A DNA stretch of 62,793 nt, filler included, from Asterionella formosa (lineage: Eukaryota): NCBI GenBank assembly GCA_002256025.1. It is 14 parts of 14 records of this genome, joined end to end, with 100 filler letters (N's around TTAATTAATTAA, not from the genome) between each part and the next. Parts side by side here need not be neighbours in the genome. Positions count along the whole stretch, not along the records: positions 22,572 to 45,042 come from NKIB01002727.1; 13 more parts are not named here. One strand, 5' to 3'. Positions within the stretch are counted from its first letter, which is position 1, and every line of letters begins with the position of its first letter. A program made the position numbers and the translations under genes. The notes beneath the pieces were generated by a model, which made no database searches, had not been told where the DNA came from, and saw only the letters and a list, made by a program, of their open reading frames with translations. Below, piece after piece: positions 22,572 through 35,221 of this stretch.

Positions 22572-23957
22572 TATGTTGGCCATGAGTTTGAAGTCCGTGA
22601 ACTCGCTAACGCCAAGACTGGGGAATGCTACGGTGGAGAGCAGACCTGCAAGATTGGGCACTTCGCCATTTCAGAAAATGACGATCAAGGTAAGTCACAC
22701 TTTCGCCTGATTATTTGAAGAGTCATCTCCTGTCCTCCCATCTATCAGCTTCATTTTCGCTGCCTTCGTATGTACTTTCGTCTTGATCGCAAAGAGTCGC
22801 TAAAGTTATCCTTTGTTGGACCTTTTTCTGCTATTTCGCAGTCATCCGCATAAAGCCTGGCATTCAGATTGAATTTTCCGACAATAAAGTAGTCGCTGAA
22901 GAAGAGGCCGCCGACGTCGTCAGCGATTGTGAAGATAAGGCACGTGAAATGTTAGAAGCTTCGGGGGGTAGCGAAAGGGTCGCGTTGCTCGCCATGGAAG
23001 AGCTGGCTAGTTGCGTCGAAGCTGCCGTTGCTAGAAAGTTGGAAATTGCCAATGAAGAGATCGCATTTCAGGCTCAAGTTCGAACTGACATTGCTGCCTT
23101 GTTGGAGAATTATACCTGCACTGATGAGGGAAGTGTCACAACACCAGATATTTCGACGGACGTATGGCTCCAAGGCGATGGGATAGAGCGACCAGTTCAT
23201 GTGAAGCTCGACCGCCCTGCTAGCCGTATTCATGTGGTCGAGAACTTTATTTCTGAGGAAGAATGCAAGGCGATGGAAGACGAAGCAGCAAAAACCTTGC
23301 ATAAAGCTACGGTTGCAGATGGGAAGGGGGGGTCACAATACTCCGAAGCTCGCAAGGCCATGCAAGCTGGAATCAAGGTTAAGTGGGATCGAGAGGGTGA
23401 TGGTGATGCTATCGCTCGCCTTAGTCGGCGTGTGTATGATTATGTGAATCACGTGTTGGATCTAAACATTCGGGAAAACGGTCAGGAAGACTTGATGAGC
23501 ATTCAGGTAAGTCAATTCAAGTCATTTCTTGGTCGCACTGGTCAGTGTTCTCATATAATTCCAATTTTAGTACTTTGGAAGGGGGATGAACGATACAGAA
23601 CCCGATCGTTATACCCCTCACTGTGACGGTGAGTGCACCGGTCTCAAACACAAGCCCGGGACTCGAATGGCAACCATGGTTATGTATTGTACACTTCCCG
23701 AAAAAGGTGGGAACACCAATTTTAGGAATGCAGGCGTTCATGTTAAGGCTGTCAAGGGAAATGCCATTTTCTTTGGTTACATCGATCCTAAGACCATGAC
23801 AATGGATAGCGGTTTCACCGAACACAGTGGCTGCCCTGTTTATGAAGGAGAAAAGAAAATTGTTACTCAGTGGGTCCGTCTTGGTGTTGATGACGCTAAC
23901 CCGTGGAATTCGTTCAATACTTTGGGAATCAAGAATTCAGAAGCTGACAACCAATAG
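22572..23957 (+). CDS. Prolyl 4-hydroxylase-like 2OG-Fe(II) oxygenase, 5'-partial; introns 22690-22841 and 23507-23570
   Basis: IHVVENFISEEEC, YTPHCDG (HxD), RMATMVMYC, GGNTNF, TEHSGCPV, KKIVTQWVR. Both GT-AG introns keep the reading frame. Confidence 0.88.
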
Positions 23958-24462
23958 TGACGGGGCAAGACCCTAATGCAAGAGCAAAACATTTTAGGAA
24001 GATTTGGAAAATTTAGAATAGTAAAATGTTGACTCGAAACGGGTTTATCATTTTAGGGAATTGAAGCAGTTTCCTCTTTCCTTAGTTTGCATCAATTACT
24101 TCTATTTGGGATCTTGTAGTTGTCAGCCAAATGTGAACCAACCGCAACAATTCGCACGCTACCTATTCGGGAAGAAACCCATCTTGCATATAGGTCACTG
24201 TCGGAGTTACTGTCCTTCATTTCTGGCTGCACCATTCACGGTGGAACTAGGAACACGCCCAGAGGTCCAAAGCCGGAAGACTCATCTCTCTAATCCTTTC
24301 ATTCGAATTTTTATCCAAGTAGTGCATGCAGATTAATTTAAGAAAAATAATTGTCGAAGGTCATAAATTGTCATCGCGCCTCTACAGACGTGTCTATGAG
24401 CACTGCTCCGACCAACAAGACGTAAGCGTTAAGTAAAGGTAAATTATTCATGTTGAGGGGAA

Positions 24463-25092
24463 TTATGGAATCCAGGACTCGGCAAATTCATCCCATTCGT
24501 TCTCACCAACACACTTCTTTGTCAAGGCAATACCATTCTCAAAAGGAACACCTTCCCATCCCGTTTTCATGAAATTACGAATATTCGCGTGGTCGGTACC
24601 ACTTGGATTGGCAAGAACTTCTCTGTAGTACTGTCCCCAAAGCTTAAGGGTAGTGGCTTTATCCATCTCACTAAGCGCGGCGTAGCTCAACAATTTGGCA
24701 GATCCTTCATTTTCGCCCTGTTGATTGACAATCTCACCGTTTTTGAACTCAATTAGTCCATATTCATAGTGGACATCGATAAGCTCAATGACATCTTCAA
24801 ACTTCAACTCATCGGCAGACATCTCAACGTTTGCATTAAATAATTCACAATCGCTAGGAATCGTTTCTCCAACAGCCCGGATATCAGCAAGCATGCGAGC
24901 AGGCTTGGAGTCAACAACCGCGCCTCCGAGAGCAGTGCTTCCATCCCATCCAAATCTTAAAGTCTCGGCCTTATCAGACGGTTTACGAATTTCAGCCTGA
25001 AGTTCAGTAGTCGAAGACCGGGTGAACGCAGGGGCTGGAGCAAATGCCGAAGCGCTGCTGGCGACAAGCAGAGCAGCGGCGATGAATTTCAT
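24463..25092 (-). CDS. HopJ-family protein with bipartite plastid-targeting presequence
   Basis: MKFIAAALLVASSASAFAPAPAF (ASAFAP motif). HopJ-type motifs FEDVIELID, FKNGEIVNQQGENEGSAK, WGQYYREVLANPSGTDHANIRNFMKTGWEG. Confidence 0.85.
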   Translation of the reverse strand: MKFIAAALLVASSASAFAPAPAFTRSSTTELQAEIRKPSDKAETLRFGWDGSTALGGAVVDSKPARMLADIRAVGETIPSDCELFNANVEMSADELKFEDVIELIDVHYEYGLIEFKNGEIVNQQGENEGSAKLLSYAALSEMDKATTLKLWGQYYREVLANPSGTDHANIRNFMKTGWEGVPFENGIALTKKCVGENEWDEFAESWIP

Positions 25093-25623
25093 TGTACCAC
25101 AGCAATTTACGACANNNNNNNNNNNNNNNNNNNNNNNNNNNNNNNNNNNNNNNNNNNNNNNNNNNNNNNNNNNNNNNNNNNNNNNNNNNNNNNNNNNNNN
25201 NNNNNNNNNNNNNNNNNNNNNNNNNNNNNNNNNNNNNNNNNNNNNNNNNNNNNNNNNNNNNNNNNNNNNNNNNNNNNNNNNNNNNNNNNNNNNNNNNNNN
25301 NNNNNNNNNNNNNNNNNNNNNNNNNNNNNNNNNNNNNNNNNNNNNNNNNNNNNNNNNNNNNNNNNNNNNNNNNNNNNNNNNNNNNNNNNNNNNNNNNNNN
25401 NNNNNNNNNNNNNNNNNNNNNNNNNNNNNNNNNNNNNNNNNNNNNNNNNNNNNNNNNNNNNNNNNNNNNNNNNNNNNNNNNNNNNNNNNNNNNNNNNNNN
25501 NNNNNNNNNNNNNNNNNNNNNNNNNNNNNNNNNNNNNNNNNNNNNNNNNNNNNNNNNNNNNNNNNNNNNNNNNNNNNNNNNNNNNNNNNNNNNNNNNNNN
25601 NNNNNNNNNNNNNNNNNNNNNNN

Positions 25624-26697
25624 CTGAGAGCCTTTACCTCGCTGCGAGCTGCGGTTTTGCAAGATCCGACATTTTCACTTCCCGACACAAGTTCGATTGA
25701 TGAGGTGGCCTGCAAAGACACTGCTTCGCGAATGCGGCGCGTCTTGGTTCCAGTCTCTGCAAGCGTCAGCCTAGCCGGAGAAGTTGGCGTATCCTATGTG
25801 CACTGGCCAGCCGAAGGCAAGAAGACCTCTAACCTCCCTCTCATTCTTCTTCACGGATTCGACTCAAGTTGTTTGGAATACAGACGACTTGGGGCAAAGT
25901 TGGCTGCCAGAGGTATCGATACATACGCGGTGGATTTGCTAGGATGGGGATTTACGCAACTGGAGGGAGTCGCAAGCTTCTCGGCTGCCAGCAAGGTAGA
26001 AGCCTTGGAATCATTTGCCAAGACAGTCTTGGGTGGGATGCCATTTGCTGCTGCCGGGGCTTCCTTGGGAGGGGCATCGGCAATTGAATTGGCGTCTGCT
26101 AATCCTGGACTCTGCGCAGCACTCATTCTCATTGATGCTCAAGGATTTGTTGATGGCGTTGGTCCCATGGCTGCTTTACCCAAGCCGATTGCTCAACTGG
26201 GAGTGCAAGTCCTGAAGAGTGTTCCTCTTCGCCAATCGGCCAACAAAATGTCGTACTTTGATCCAGAAACGTTTGCGACAGAGGATGCCATGCGCATTGG
26301 TCGTCTCCACTGCACAAGGGATGGATGGTCTGATGCTCTTGTGTCATTTATGCTGAGTGGAGGATTTTCTCCATCGCTCAAGGTGTCGACAATTGAAGCT
26401 CCTTCGCTCGTGCTTTGGGGTCGACAGGATGGTATTTTAGATGGCAACGAATTTGCAAATAGATTTATTGAGACTCTGCCTAACGCCAAGCTACAATGGA
26501 TTGAAGAATGTGGACATGTGCCTCATTTGGAGCAGCCGGAAGTGACTGCTGATGTAATAACCGAGTTTTTGTCTGTTCATGTCCGCCAACAAAGTGCTAG
26601 TGGACCAGTCAGCACTGGCATGTTTCCTTTTGCTGCGGTTGGTGCTGGCATCGCTGGAGTAGCTGCTGTTGCAGCAGGAGCAACTGTACTTTTCTAG
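25624..26697 (+). CDS. Alpha/beta hydrolase, 5' end in assembly gap
   Basis: LILLHGFDSS, VDLLGWG, GASLGG nucleophile elbow, LWGRQD, CGHVPHLE; hydrophobic C-terminal tail. Confidence 0.9.
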   Translation: MRAFTSLRAAVLQDPTFSLPDTSSIDEVACKDTASRMRRVLVPVSASVSLAGEVGVSYVHWPAEGKKTSNLPLILLHGFDSSCLEYRRLGAKLAARGIDTYAVDLLGWGFTQLEGVASFSAASKVEALESFAKTVLGGMPFAAAGASLGGASAIELASANPGLCAALILIDAQGFVDGVGPMAALPKPIAQLGVQVLKSVPLRQSANKMSYFDPETFATEDAMRIGRLHCTRDGWSDALVSFMLSGGFSPSLKVSTIEAPSLVLWGRQDGILDGNEFANRFIETLPNAKLQWIEECGHVPHLEQPEVTADVITEFLSVHVRQQSASGPVSTGMFPFAAVGAGIAGVAAVAAGATVLF

Positions 26698-26722
26698 AAA
26701 ACGAAGTAGAAATAATTATTTT

Positions 26723-28390
26723 CTAATACGTTTGCCTGTGAGCAGCTGCTAACATTCCACCAATACAAAAGATGGTAGCCCAAGCAACCAGTTCTCTCAT
26801 GATCGCTAAGTCGCTGTTTTGAGACATATCATTTGGAAGGTCAAAAATTCTTCGATTGATGATAGAGCCATCCACATTCATGTCTTGCATTTCGATTCCT
26901 TCCTCGTCCATTGTATCACTACATCGTCTCAACTGTGCCTTGACTGTGTCGACTTCACCACATGACTTGATGGCTTCTAGCTCGAACCGCAACACTCCCC
27001 ACAAGGTGCGGCGAATAATCTCTGCCGAAGCAATCGCAGGCCCTAGAACTTTTGAAATGTCTCCGTCAAACGAAGATTGTAAGACTCCTGCCTTGGTAAG
27101 ATAGCTTTGTGGCATAAAGGAGAGGGTCCAACAAAAACGAAGAAGGAAATTGATCATGAGAATCGTCCAATAAATGGACTTTGCTGGATACAATCGCTTG
27201 TTTCGAATCTTTACTTTGCCACCATTTAGATCCAACAATTCCCAATCCATAACGACATCCCACCATATTTGATAGAGCGTAGCCCCAATAAACGCTATTA
27301 TGAAGGATGCATTCTCCTTTTTCTCTGGAGAAAAGACACCAAACATGGCCACTTCAGCGGCCACTAGGTACTTGAGTGCATTTCCCAAGTATGGCCATCG
27401 CTTCTTGGTATCATAGGCTTGCCGCAAATTTTGCAAAAATCGCCACCACAGAGGCGACACCATGCATGCGGGAAGGAGGCACGTTCGTAAAATCCAAGAG
27501 TGCTCAATCGGCGTGGCCGCCTCATCAATCGAATAAGAGCTGGTCCACCAGCCTTGCAGTCCGGATAGCACGTAAAAGGAAGTGAAGCACAAGTCTTGCA
27601 AAGGCCGTACAGATGATGTGAGGACATCTCCCAAGAATCCATCGCGAAAGGTAACCTGGTAGAAAGGAGCTCCAACCGTATATGATAGAACGACCCAAAA
27701 ATGTTTTCGTCTTTTCCATGGCAGTAATGTGAATGCACATGTTGCCAGAAACAATAGCAAAGGAAATATGGGCGCTGCAACATGTGCCATGGACTGAAGA
27801 GGGGTCAATATATCTGGAACGCCATCAATGTAGCGACCGCCTTCAGCAGAAGTGAGAGTAAATAGGAAGAGACAAACCAATACAAGAAGAAGCAAATCAA
27901 GAGCTGCTGAGCAGACCGAGGATGCCGATGGCAATTCTGGTGCTGGCAGACCACTGTTTGCCCCTATGCGGCCAATAGTGTACTGGTACTCAGCATTCCC
28001 GTCATCTTCTACCCAGTCAATCGGCTCGTCGCAGTCACCAGCTTGGTCGTCGCTCTCTTCTTGAGCCGAAAGCAGCTGATATGAAATCGGTTGATTTGGC
28101 ACCCCTGCCTTTTCTTGCTGTTGAACCTGGAACAACAACGTCCCGACGACTTGAGTCCCCACAGTCGCGGTCCATATACGAAGCGACAACGCCGCTCCAA
28201 ACAGAAGTAGCGTCAGCTCCAAGAGAGCCCGAAACACGCGCACCGTAGGAGGATGGCGACTCAGTGCTGTCCATACAGCCAGATGATGAGGATTGTCTAG
28301 TAGATTCGTTTCGTCGTCCGTCAAGAGCCACACGGCCAACAGCAATGGAGGGACAAGAGAAGCTTTTTTGCAAATCGACAGGGTAGGCAT
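26723..28390 (-). CDS. EXS-domain membrane protein (PHO1/XPR1/ERD1 family) without SPX domain
   Basis: VTFRDGFLGDVLTSSVRP, PLWWRFLQNLRQ, YLGNALKY, YQIWWDVVMDWEL, NFLLRFCW, EIIRRTLWGVLRFELE. Confidence 0.9.
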   Translation of the reverse strand: MPTLSICKKASLVPPLLLAVWLLTDDETNLLDNPHHLAVWTALSRHPPTVRVFRALLELTLLLFGAALSLRIWTATVGTQVVGTLLFQVQQQEKAGVPNQPISYQLLSAQEESDDQAGDCDEPIDWVEDDGNAEYQYTIGRIGANSGLPAPELPSASSVCSAALDLLLLVLVCLFLFTLTSAEGGRYIDGVPDILTPLQSMAHVAAPIFPLLLFLATCAFTLLPWKRRKHFWVVLSYTVGAPFYQVTFRDGFLGDVLTSSVRPLQDLCFTSFYVLSGLQGWWTSSYSIDEAATPIEHSWILRTCLLPACMVSPLWWRFLQNLRQAYDTKKRWPYLGNALKYLVAAEVAMFGVFSPEKKENASFIIAFIGATLYQIWWDVVMDWELLDLNGGKVKIRNKRLYPAKSIYWTILMINFLLRFCWTLSFMPQSYLTKAGVLQSSFDGDISKVLGPAIASAEIIRRTLWGVLRFELEAIKSCGEVDTVKAQLRRCSDTMDEEGIEMQDMNVDGSIINRRIFDLPNDMSQNSDLAIMRELVAWATIFCIGGMLAAAHRQTY

Positions 28391-28867
28391 GATTGTGTCT
28401 GGTTGTGGCAGTCAGACAGTCCGGAGTAGTAGTATTTCTAGTGCCTTCTCTCGCTCTCGCTCTCGCTCTCGCTCTATCGTTGCTGGTTGTTGTAGGACAG
28501 GTTGCCGCAGTTGCTGGTGTGTCGAATGTTGATTGCTGTTCCGATGGAATTGTCTGTGTGAGGACATGAATACCGGTAGTTTTTAAGACAAAATCAGTAA
28601 AAATTGATAAAAATGACTATTATGACAATTATTATATTGCTTTTTGCCTGCCTCTTGCCAATGACAGCGGTATCATAACAAGAACTACGATATACCTGGG
28701 AGTTTTTGGCTCTACATACCAGTATATGTATACCCGGTACCGGAAGGTATTTTGCTCTATATACCGGTATGTGTACATTTATGTATACCATGTACCGGAA
28801 GTTTGTTGTTGGAAAAAATTTCATTCATACTAAAACAAATGCATTTTATAGTGAGAAAAGATTCACG

Positions 28868-29536
28868 ATGACGGAATCATCGGCAAAGCTGCCATCAGCA
28901 AGAATGAATGGTCCTCTTGTACAAATCGGAATGGCAATAGGACTAACAATATGGCTCAAACGAATTGTGTTGAATTCATTGAGAATCACAGTCATCGAAA
29001 TGGCCCACCTGGATCCAACAGAGATCATCGGTCGTGCATATCCCGTTGACGTCTTGTCTTTATTCGTTGGAGGCGCTACAACGGCCTTATTTCTACTTTC
29101 TGTGCCTTGGTGGGATTTCATTATTCTAGTAAAACAATTATTTCAATTTATTCTGACAACGATTCTACTTTGGCTGTTCTTTATACTTTCTGGAGCCAAC
29201 CCACTGCAAAACTATGTTCAGACTGGCTTGGCCAGTCTTTATATTGCCTCCTTGCTTTGCTGGAATCCAGGCCAGCCACTTATATCCTTCCTCGACTGCA
29301 AAGAGCCCATCAGCCGGCAGTTCTTAACTATCAAACGATACGCCACACTCATTACCATGGTACCATGTTCGATATTGCACATTCTTGACTGGGGTGCGCA
29401 GATACAACGTTGGCCCATACCACTATTGATCGGAAGCACGATTGGTTTGTTGATTGGTACTTTACTTGAAGTGGCAAGGGATATCATGACGCGGAAACTG
29501 GGACCAACTGTCAAACCAATATCAAAGGCAACTTAG
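28868..29536 (+). CDS. PIGF: PIG-F/Gpi11-like GPI-anchor biosynthesis protein
   Basis: Multi-transmembrane ORF with ILSGANP and LDWGAQIQRWPIP, resembling the PIG-F GAP and LDWxxxWQxWP motifs. First ATG placed at 28868. Confidence 0.65.
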   Translation: MTESSAKLPSARMNGPLVQIGMAIGLTIWLKRIVLNSLRITVIEMAHLDPTEIIGRAYPVDVLSLFVGGATTALFLLSVPWWDFIILVKQLFQFILTTILLWLFFILSGANPLQNYVQTGLASLYIASLLCWNPGQPLISFLDCKEPISRQFLTIKRYATLITMVPCSILHILDWGAQIQRWPIPLLIGSTIGLLIGTLLEVARDIMTRKLGPTVKPISKAT

Positions 29537-32500
29537 TAAGCAATGCAACAAAAGAAATTCAACCTGCGAAATCACCCCATCAAAAAGATTGATGAAAACA
29601 AAAAATAAGTTAGTGAGCGAAAGTTATTCATAAATAAACGATGAAAATATTAAGGCCCCATGCCAAACTCTTTCAGCAGCAAAAACGATCGTCTCCTTCA
29701 TCAGTCGTCTACATGTCAATACATCTGGAATCATCGTGATGATGGTCCATAACATAAGAGGTGTCAGAATTTTAATAGTGTCTCATCAAGTGAATGAGAG
29801 AGTCGAATATTGCTATTGTCAGGATGAGAGTTTGTGTGTCATGCTCAACGTACCTCGCCAGTCGTCATTTCAACGGTAATGAACGATCTGCAGTTCAGTG
29901 GTTAAAAATACCTACATTAAAAAATTGTTAGAAACATGAAATGGACAGTAGTATCAGTACGATCCAAATTTTACATTCTCCAGATTTCAGGTGTTAGTTA
30001 GATCCTGCTTGTCTCATACTGGTAGTGTGAGCGTCCAATGTTCAACCTTGCCATTTTGGCAAGGATCTTAAATTCGGCATCACCCAGATCGAAAGACCGT
30101 CGTGAAATAGTAAAGGTGGTGTTCATCATTTGGAGATAATCGAATAAATTCACGCCATATAAGCGAGCTTGTGTATACAGTGTAAAATTTTGGCTCACCT
30201 CACATCTTTGAACTGCAGCCACCTCAAAGGATGGCTCAAAGTAACGGCATTCCAAAATTAAAAGGCTCTGTGTGCAATTGTAGGATTTTCAATCATTTCA
30301 TTGTTTAGTATGTTCACAGATGATTGGCGTCACGACAGATGACATCTGGAATGATGAGTACGATACCCAGTCTGTTCCGTTCCATTATCATTGCCTGATG
30401 TTGATATGATGGTTACCGGGTAAGGCAATTATGAATTGAATTGGAAATCATTCAACAGCCTTGCCAACGACCACAAAAAATGCTGGCAGCAGAGGATCTA
30501 CCGGTAATGGTATTACTATTTTCGTGGTTGTGGCGGCAGTGGGTGGTGCATCCATCACCAGCCCATACGCCTTACATACCAGGGTACCTGGTATCTGGTA
30601 CCAGTACCCTTATCCTTCAAATCTGCACGTGCCCGACCCTGCTGGGAAGGTCCGGCAATCGAGCTATTTAGCTATTTATCTTTTCCGAAGTAAAAAACGT
30701 GTTTTCCTGACCTTTTTCTTGTCTAAACTTCCTTGCTTTGTCATGACTTGTCCTTGACATACTATCCGTGCACCTCCACTTGGCATGTGAATGTCATCGC
30801 ACATGAGCTAACAAAAAGATTCCTCATTCTATTGATGAATACCATTACACATGCATGGCACATTCAGATGCCAGGGCCTGAAAATGCTTACCAGCAAGTT
30901 GCAGTATTTTTGCTGAAATGGACAACATGATGCAGGACAGGCACTCAAAAAGACTGCCGGAAAATAGAGAGCACAACTCGACAGTATCACGATTTGTTCA
31001 TGACATGTAGGTTTTATGCTAACTATTTTGTCAAAACATCGAAACATCGAACTGAGGCAAATCAAACGAGTGAAAACAGAAATGACAATGACCAGGGCAA
31101 TAGAGGGGTGGCTCCAAACTCAAAAAATCCTCCTTTCTGGCTGAAGTGATGAAAACAACCAATAATGAACAGTTCTATATCAATTAGGAGTTGAATATTC
31201 ACATGTTACCATCATCATATGTAACAACTTGTTGTGCCTGATAAAACTATTATACCATCCTCAAAAATGCTGTGGATTAAAACAGTGGAAACATCCTTCA
31301 AGGCTTGGACTACAGACTTATGACAGCCAAGCGCCACAGGTGGAAAATTTGGAGGATCGCTGTCCTCAGGTTCATTTTCGCCCCCCACCATAACTCCTTC
31401 TTTCTCTCCTCCCTGTGTCCTCTTGAGCACAAGTGCGATTAGTAGCCTAGCTAGGTTTAATGCATTTTAAAATTTCATTAAACAACCACAACACAGTACC
31501 ACCATATGCATGTTGGCTTGACTCATGCTGCTCAGCCAGCAGGGTACCTGAGGTAGTAGCACTCATAAGCGCTTGTAGTAGTATATAATTATTTAGCTTT
31601 GATTATTCGATTCTTTTAAATAGACTGAGATATACCAGTATAGTAGTACTATGGAGTTTTATGTAGTAGTAGTCATGACCGGCTGGAGAATGCATGGTGC
31701 ATGTTGTTGTGGCCTTGACTATCACAAAAAATAATGAATATCTCAATGAAAAATGAGAACAACGCTTTGCTATTTGGTACATATATTAAGAACAATATAG
31801 AAAATGCAATCGTAAAAGAATAGTTGAAATAACACTAATATTGACAACGAAAATTGAAATAGTCCATGGCGCATTTTTTAAATGAAATTTATAGATTCAC
31901 AATTCAAAGCGACGATGTTACTATCAGTAGATTTGACACTTTGACAGTAAATGTGCAACGAATAATACAACGACGATTAAAACAATATATCACATGATTA
32001 ATTAAAGCAAAAGATGTGAAACAAGCTTTTTATAAGCTTAGATTTGATTGCTTGTATCAACGCCGCCAAAAGCATGAATTGTGACATTGGAATGATGGAA
32101 GGGTGATGGTGATGAGATTTAAAAATTGTTTGCTTACCAGTAGTACAAGTACCGGTACACTATTACCTTCATTAGTCAACAGTCAATCTAGTATACATAA
32201 CATGCACATGCACTGTACATACATAGTTTATAAAAATCATATTCTTTTGTTGGTATGATGATGCTGGCAGTTACAAATTTACAATCCCAAAGACTTATAA
32301 ACCGTTAATTAAGATAGATTGTTTTCATCACTTGGGTGGAAAACAAGAACGAGAATGAGAATGATTTTGAGTCTGAAGAGTATAAAGCGAAGTAAGCAAG
32401 ACTTGCTTACTTTTGCTTTGGGCCACCCCTATATTGACCCGGTCATTGTTGCGTTTAGATGCTTCCCTGTTTTGAAGAATAAAATTAGCGTAAAACCTAC

Positions 32501-33708
32501 GTCACTAAGTGGTGATCATACCACAGATGATTTTAAAGAGTGAATTGATGACATTTAAACGCATGCCCTGCATCGTGCTATCAATTTCAGAAAAATGACC
32601 AAAACTTACAGAAATTCATAACTTTGATGAAGATACATTTTCATCAAAACAAGCTATTGTACTGCTTAAATCACTCATGAATCGAAATTTGGGCTATAGT
32701 ATGATTTTGCTTTGTAAATTAGTAAAAACATGATCATCTACAATTTTCTCCTACATGGCTATAGATAATCACAATGAACACTTACACATTTGAACACAGC
32801 ATGGAANNNNNNNNNNNNNNNNNNNNNNNNNNNNNNNNNNNNNNNNNNNNNNNNNNNNNNNNNNNNNNNNNNNNNNNNNNNNNNNNNNNNNNNNNNNNNN
32901 NNNNNNNNNNNNNNNNNNNNNNNNNNNNNNNNNNNNNNNNNNNNNNNNNNNNNNNNNNNNNNNNNNNNNNNNNNNNNNNNNNNNNNNNNNNNNNNNNNNN
33001 NNNNNNNNNNNNNNNNNNNNNNNNNNNNNNNNNNNNNNNNNNNNNNNNNNNNNNNNNNNNNNNNNNNNNNNNNNNNNNNNNNNNNNNNNNNNNNNNNNNN
33101 NNNNNNNNNNNNNNNNNNNNNNNNNNNNNNNNNNNNNNNNNNNNNNNNNNNNNNNNNNNNNNNNNNNNNNNNNNNNNNNNNNNNNNNNNNNNNNNNNNNN
33201 NNNNNNNNNNNNNNNNNNNNNNNNNNNNNNNNNNNNNNNNNNNNNNNNNNNNNNNNNNNNNNNNNNNNNNNNNNNNNNNNNNNNNNNNNNNNNNNNNNNN
33301 NNNNNNNNNNNNNNNNNNNNNNNNNNNNNNNNNNNNNNNNNNNNNNNNNNNNNNNNNNNNNNNNNNNNNNNNNNNNNNNNNNNNNNNNNNNNNNNNAAGA
33401 GTGCGTATAAAAATGCTCATGGACTTGCAAGAACGACGACAGCCAGAATCGATCGAAAGCAGAATTATCGACAGCGATACACCAAATCCAACCTCAGATT
33501 AACGTCCATTCGTTGCACTGCGCCATCAACCGCTTCACTTTCACTACCTGAGTGGTGAGCAATCCAGCCAATAAGCGAAGGACAACCGAAGCAAGTGTCA
33601 GTCATTTTGAATCTGTTTCTGTTTCTTCGCACATTGTATCCGGAAATAACATTGATACTTTGTATCCATAGCCGTGTTTATTGCCCAAAACTATCGGGAT
33701 CGAGCAAC

Positions 33709-35072
33709 ATGAAGAGCTGGGCAGACCATTGCTCTTCGGATGACGAGTCAGACGAGGAAGCTGTCGTTTCAGACGATGAAGAGACACACACGCCTCAGCC
33801 GGGACACAACGAGGATGACAACAATCAGGAATCTGAACATTCAAGTGAACCAATCGTGAAGCCAAAAGAATACAGTTTACCTACAGAGCCTCCATTCAAA
33901 GCGTATGTTGGCAATGTTTCCTTTGTAATTAAAGAAAGCAAGCAATTGGGACAGGAAATTACGAAGCTCTGTTTGGATCGTTTCCAGGACAAAATTAAAG
34001 TTGTTAGATGCCAAGTGGCCCAGGACCAGCATACTGGACAACTGAGAGGTTTTGGTTATGTAGAAGTGGAAACTTTGGAAATGGTGCGTTTAGTACTGCA
34101 AGCGTCGCGCTGACTAAAAAATTACATTGAGGCCACTTTCGACTCACTCATTCATTTTTTCGACAGCTGCAACAGGTCCTGAAGCTCAATGATGGCAACT
34201 CACAGATTGGCGGACGAAAAATACATTTGGATGTTGCACAATTCAAAAGTGTTGGTTCCAACCGTTCCACCCCAGGAGGATCCGATCGATCACTCGTAGG
34301 GAGTGGTCGAGGAGGCGGTCCAATAGATGGATCGTCGTTTCGTGCCGGCCGATACAATTATAATGCAAATGACTCGAAATCCAATGGTCCCCCACGAAGC
34401 CCCATGCAACGCGAAGAAATTGGAGGTGAAACGAGCGTGACACTTCCCACTGCTGCTCTTCCTGCTCAACGAACAAGCTTGAAATTGAAGCCTCGATCGC
34501 AGGGGCGAGATGATTCTAGTACAGCAAAGTCGGAGATTTTTGGTGGTGGGAAGAAACAAGATGCTGGAGAATGGGAACAGCGTCGTAAAAATACGACGAA
34601 GGAATCGCATGGGCAGATTGCAACGAAGGAACCACATCGGCAAATTGAGGCGAAGGAACCACGCCGACAGAGTGAATCGAAGGAACAGCGTCGACCGAGT
34701 GAGACTAAGGAAACTCGTGCGCGGGTTGATGCGAAAGAGCAGAGTGTGCAAGGTGACTCGAAAATTGCGAAAGACAACAGCGCCAAAAATAACGAGAAAA
34801 ACGAGCGTCGTCAATCAGGGCGAGGAGGACGCGGCGGAGTTACAGTCGGACGCAATAGTCATGATAATGGTGTGAAGGGTGGACGTGGTGGACGAACAGG
34901 GGGAAGAGGCGCTTCCAAGGATGGCAAGAAATCTGACGCGCCAAAGCCAGCAATCAAGGCCCCTATACCTATACCTGCACCACCTGCTAAATCGGCGGAA
35001 ATCGAGAAAAAACCAAAGGTGGTGAACAAGTTCGCGGCTCTGGCGTTTGGGGATGATTCCGACTCGGATTGA
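33709..35072 (+). CDS. eIF4B/eIF4H-like RRM RNA-binding protein; intron 34084-34166
   Basis: SWAD, LPTEPPFKAYVGNV, RGFGYVEV (RNP1), GGRKIHLDVA, SLKLKPRS, SEIFGGGK, RGG boxes, C-terminal NKFAAL. The intron joins the two ORFs in frame. Confidence 0.8.
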
Positions 35073-35221
35073 GGACAGTGTTGTCACCGAGCAAAAGACT
35101 CAGGACTCCCATTAGATACCCAAGCTAAATAGTAGCTTCTTCGCAGCGTGAGATTCTTATACAAAGCACAAGACTGAGGAGTGATGACTAAATCTTGGCA
35201 TATGTTGTCATCTATCCTATA

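Noticed and set aside
25115..25623. Long ORFs spanning the N run (also 32807-33397)
   Set aside because: These are artefacts of translating assembly gaps.
28706..28867. N-terminal extension of the PIG-F-like ORF
   Set aside because: It starts at TTG and runs through a TACCGGTA-rich intergenic tract; ATG 28868 is the more plausible start.
29600..32800. Short ORFs as genes (also most of 46623-48001 and 49581-50959)
   Set aside because: Short, stop-interrupted and without recognisable motifs; probably decayed repeats or intergenic DNA.
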